Source: Rhodobacter capsulatus SB 1003 (GTDB lineage: Bacteria > Pseudomonadota > Alphaproteobacteria > Rhodobacterales > Rhodobacteraceae). From it: a stretch of 32,000 bases of DNA. Shown here one piece after another: positions 31,940-32,000 of the stretch. The notes under the pieces are model-generated. The model did not search any database. It saw only the letters and a list, made by a program, of their open reading frames with translations, and was not told the DNA's origin. The number at the start of each line of letters is the position of its first letter. Positions within the stretch are counted from its first letter, which is position 1. The translations under genes were made by a program, and so were the position numbers. The stretch spans positions 2,310,001-2,342,000 of the forward strand of contig NC_014034.1 in the NCBI RefSeq assembly GCF_000021865.1, given 5' to 3'.

Positions 31940-32000
31940 TCAGTTGATCAGCGTCGGCTTCATCGGCGTCGCATTGGCGGGCATCACGCCCAGCCGCCGC
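31940..32000 (-). CDS. 3' end of an unidentified CDS (...RRLGVMPANATPMKPTLIN*), truncated by the window edge
   Basis: The open frame has G/C-rich third positions and ends at TGA (31942-31940). A minus-strand intrinsic terminator follows. Product not recognised. Confidence 0.4.
   Translation of the reverse strand, partial: RRLGVMPANATPMKPTLIN

Noticed and set aside
1-32000. Scan for mobile elements, prophage or defence genes, CRISPR arrays, tRNA/rRNA genes, or compositional islands
   Set aside because: No transposase, integrase or recombinase-like ORFs, no regularly spaced direct repeats, and no cloverleaf-like sequence recognised. GC content and codon bias look uniform apart from short AT-rich promoter patches. 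The window appears to be core chromosome.

Overview
GC-rich alphaproteobacterial chromosome segment. Gene content and protein sequences look Rhodobacterales-like (Rhodobacter/Paracoccus type), but the organism is inferred, not verified. The window is dominated by housekeeping genes: zapA with its DUF4164 partner, transketolase, an EamA transporter, an LpxL-type acyltransferase, DUF1223, aconitase AcnA, MprF, purB, an isolated fliG, gap, PBP1A, ccdA, a TusA-like gene, RNase E, a DctB/DctD-like two-component pair, and purS-purQ. I recognised no rRNA, tRNA, CRISPR array, transposase, integrase or known defence genes. The very long extra ORFs in the six-frame track are antisense shadows typical of high-GC DNA. 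I found no clear-cut novel multi-gene system; these are the points worth a second look. (1) Two TM2-domain paralogues bracket a CAP/SCP lipoprotein next to mprF, and the second TM2 gene has a perfect hairpin over its SD and start codon. (2) A soluble protein carries only the hairpin-tip segment of an MCP signalling domain, fused to a Cache/PAS-like module. (3) An NtrC/DctD-family regulator lacks the GAFTGA loop and has a swapped Walker B (ED for DE). (4) A palindromic intergenic repeat family has three recognisable copies, one inside the purS-purQ spacer. (5) RNase E has a large His/Asp-containing insertion in its S1 region, a charge-blocked C-terminal tail ending in a GWW motif, and a long upstream leader. 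(6) A DUF1127 small gene is missing from the ORF track. (7) A CtrA-box-like site precedes the orphan fliG. (8) A 9-nt tandem repeat or mini-uORF abuts the DUF4164-zapA operon start. All functional calls come from reading the translated ORFs by eye, with no database search.
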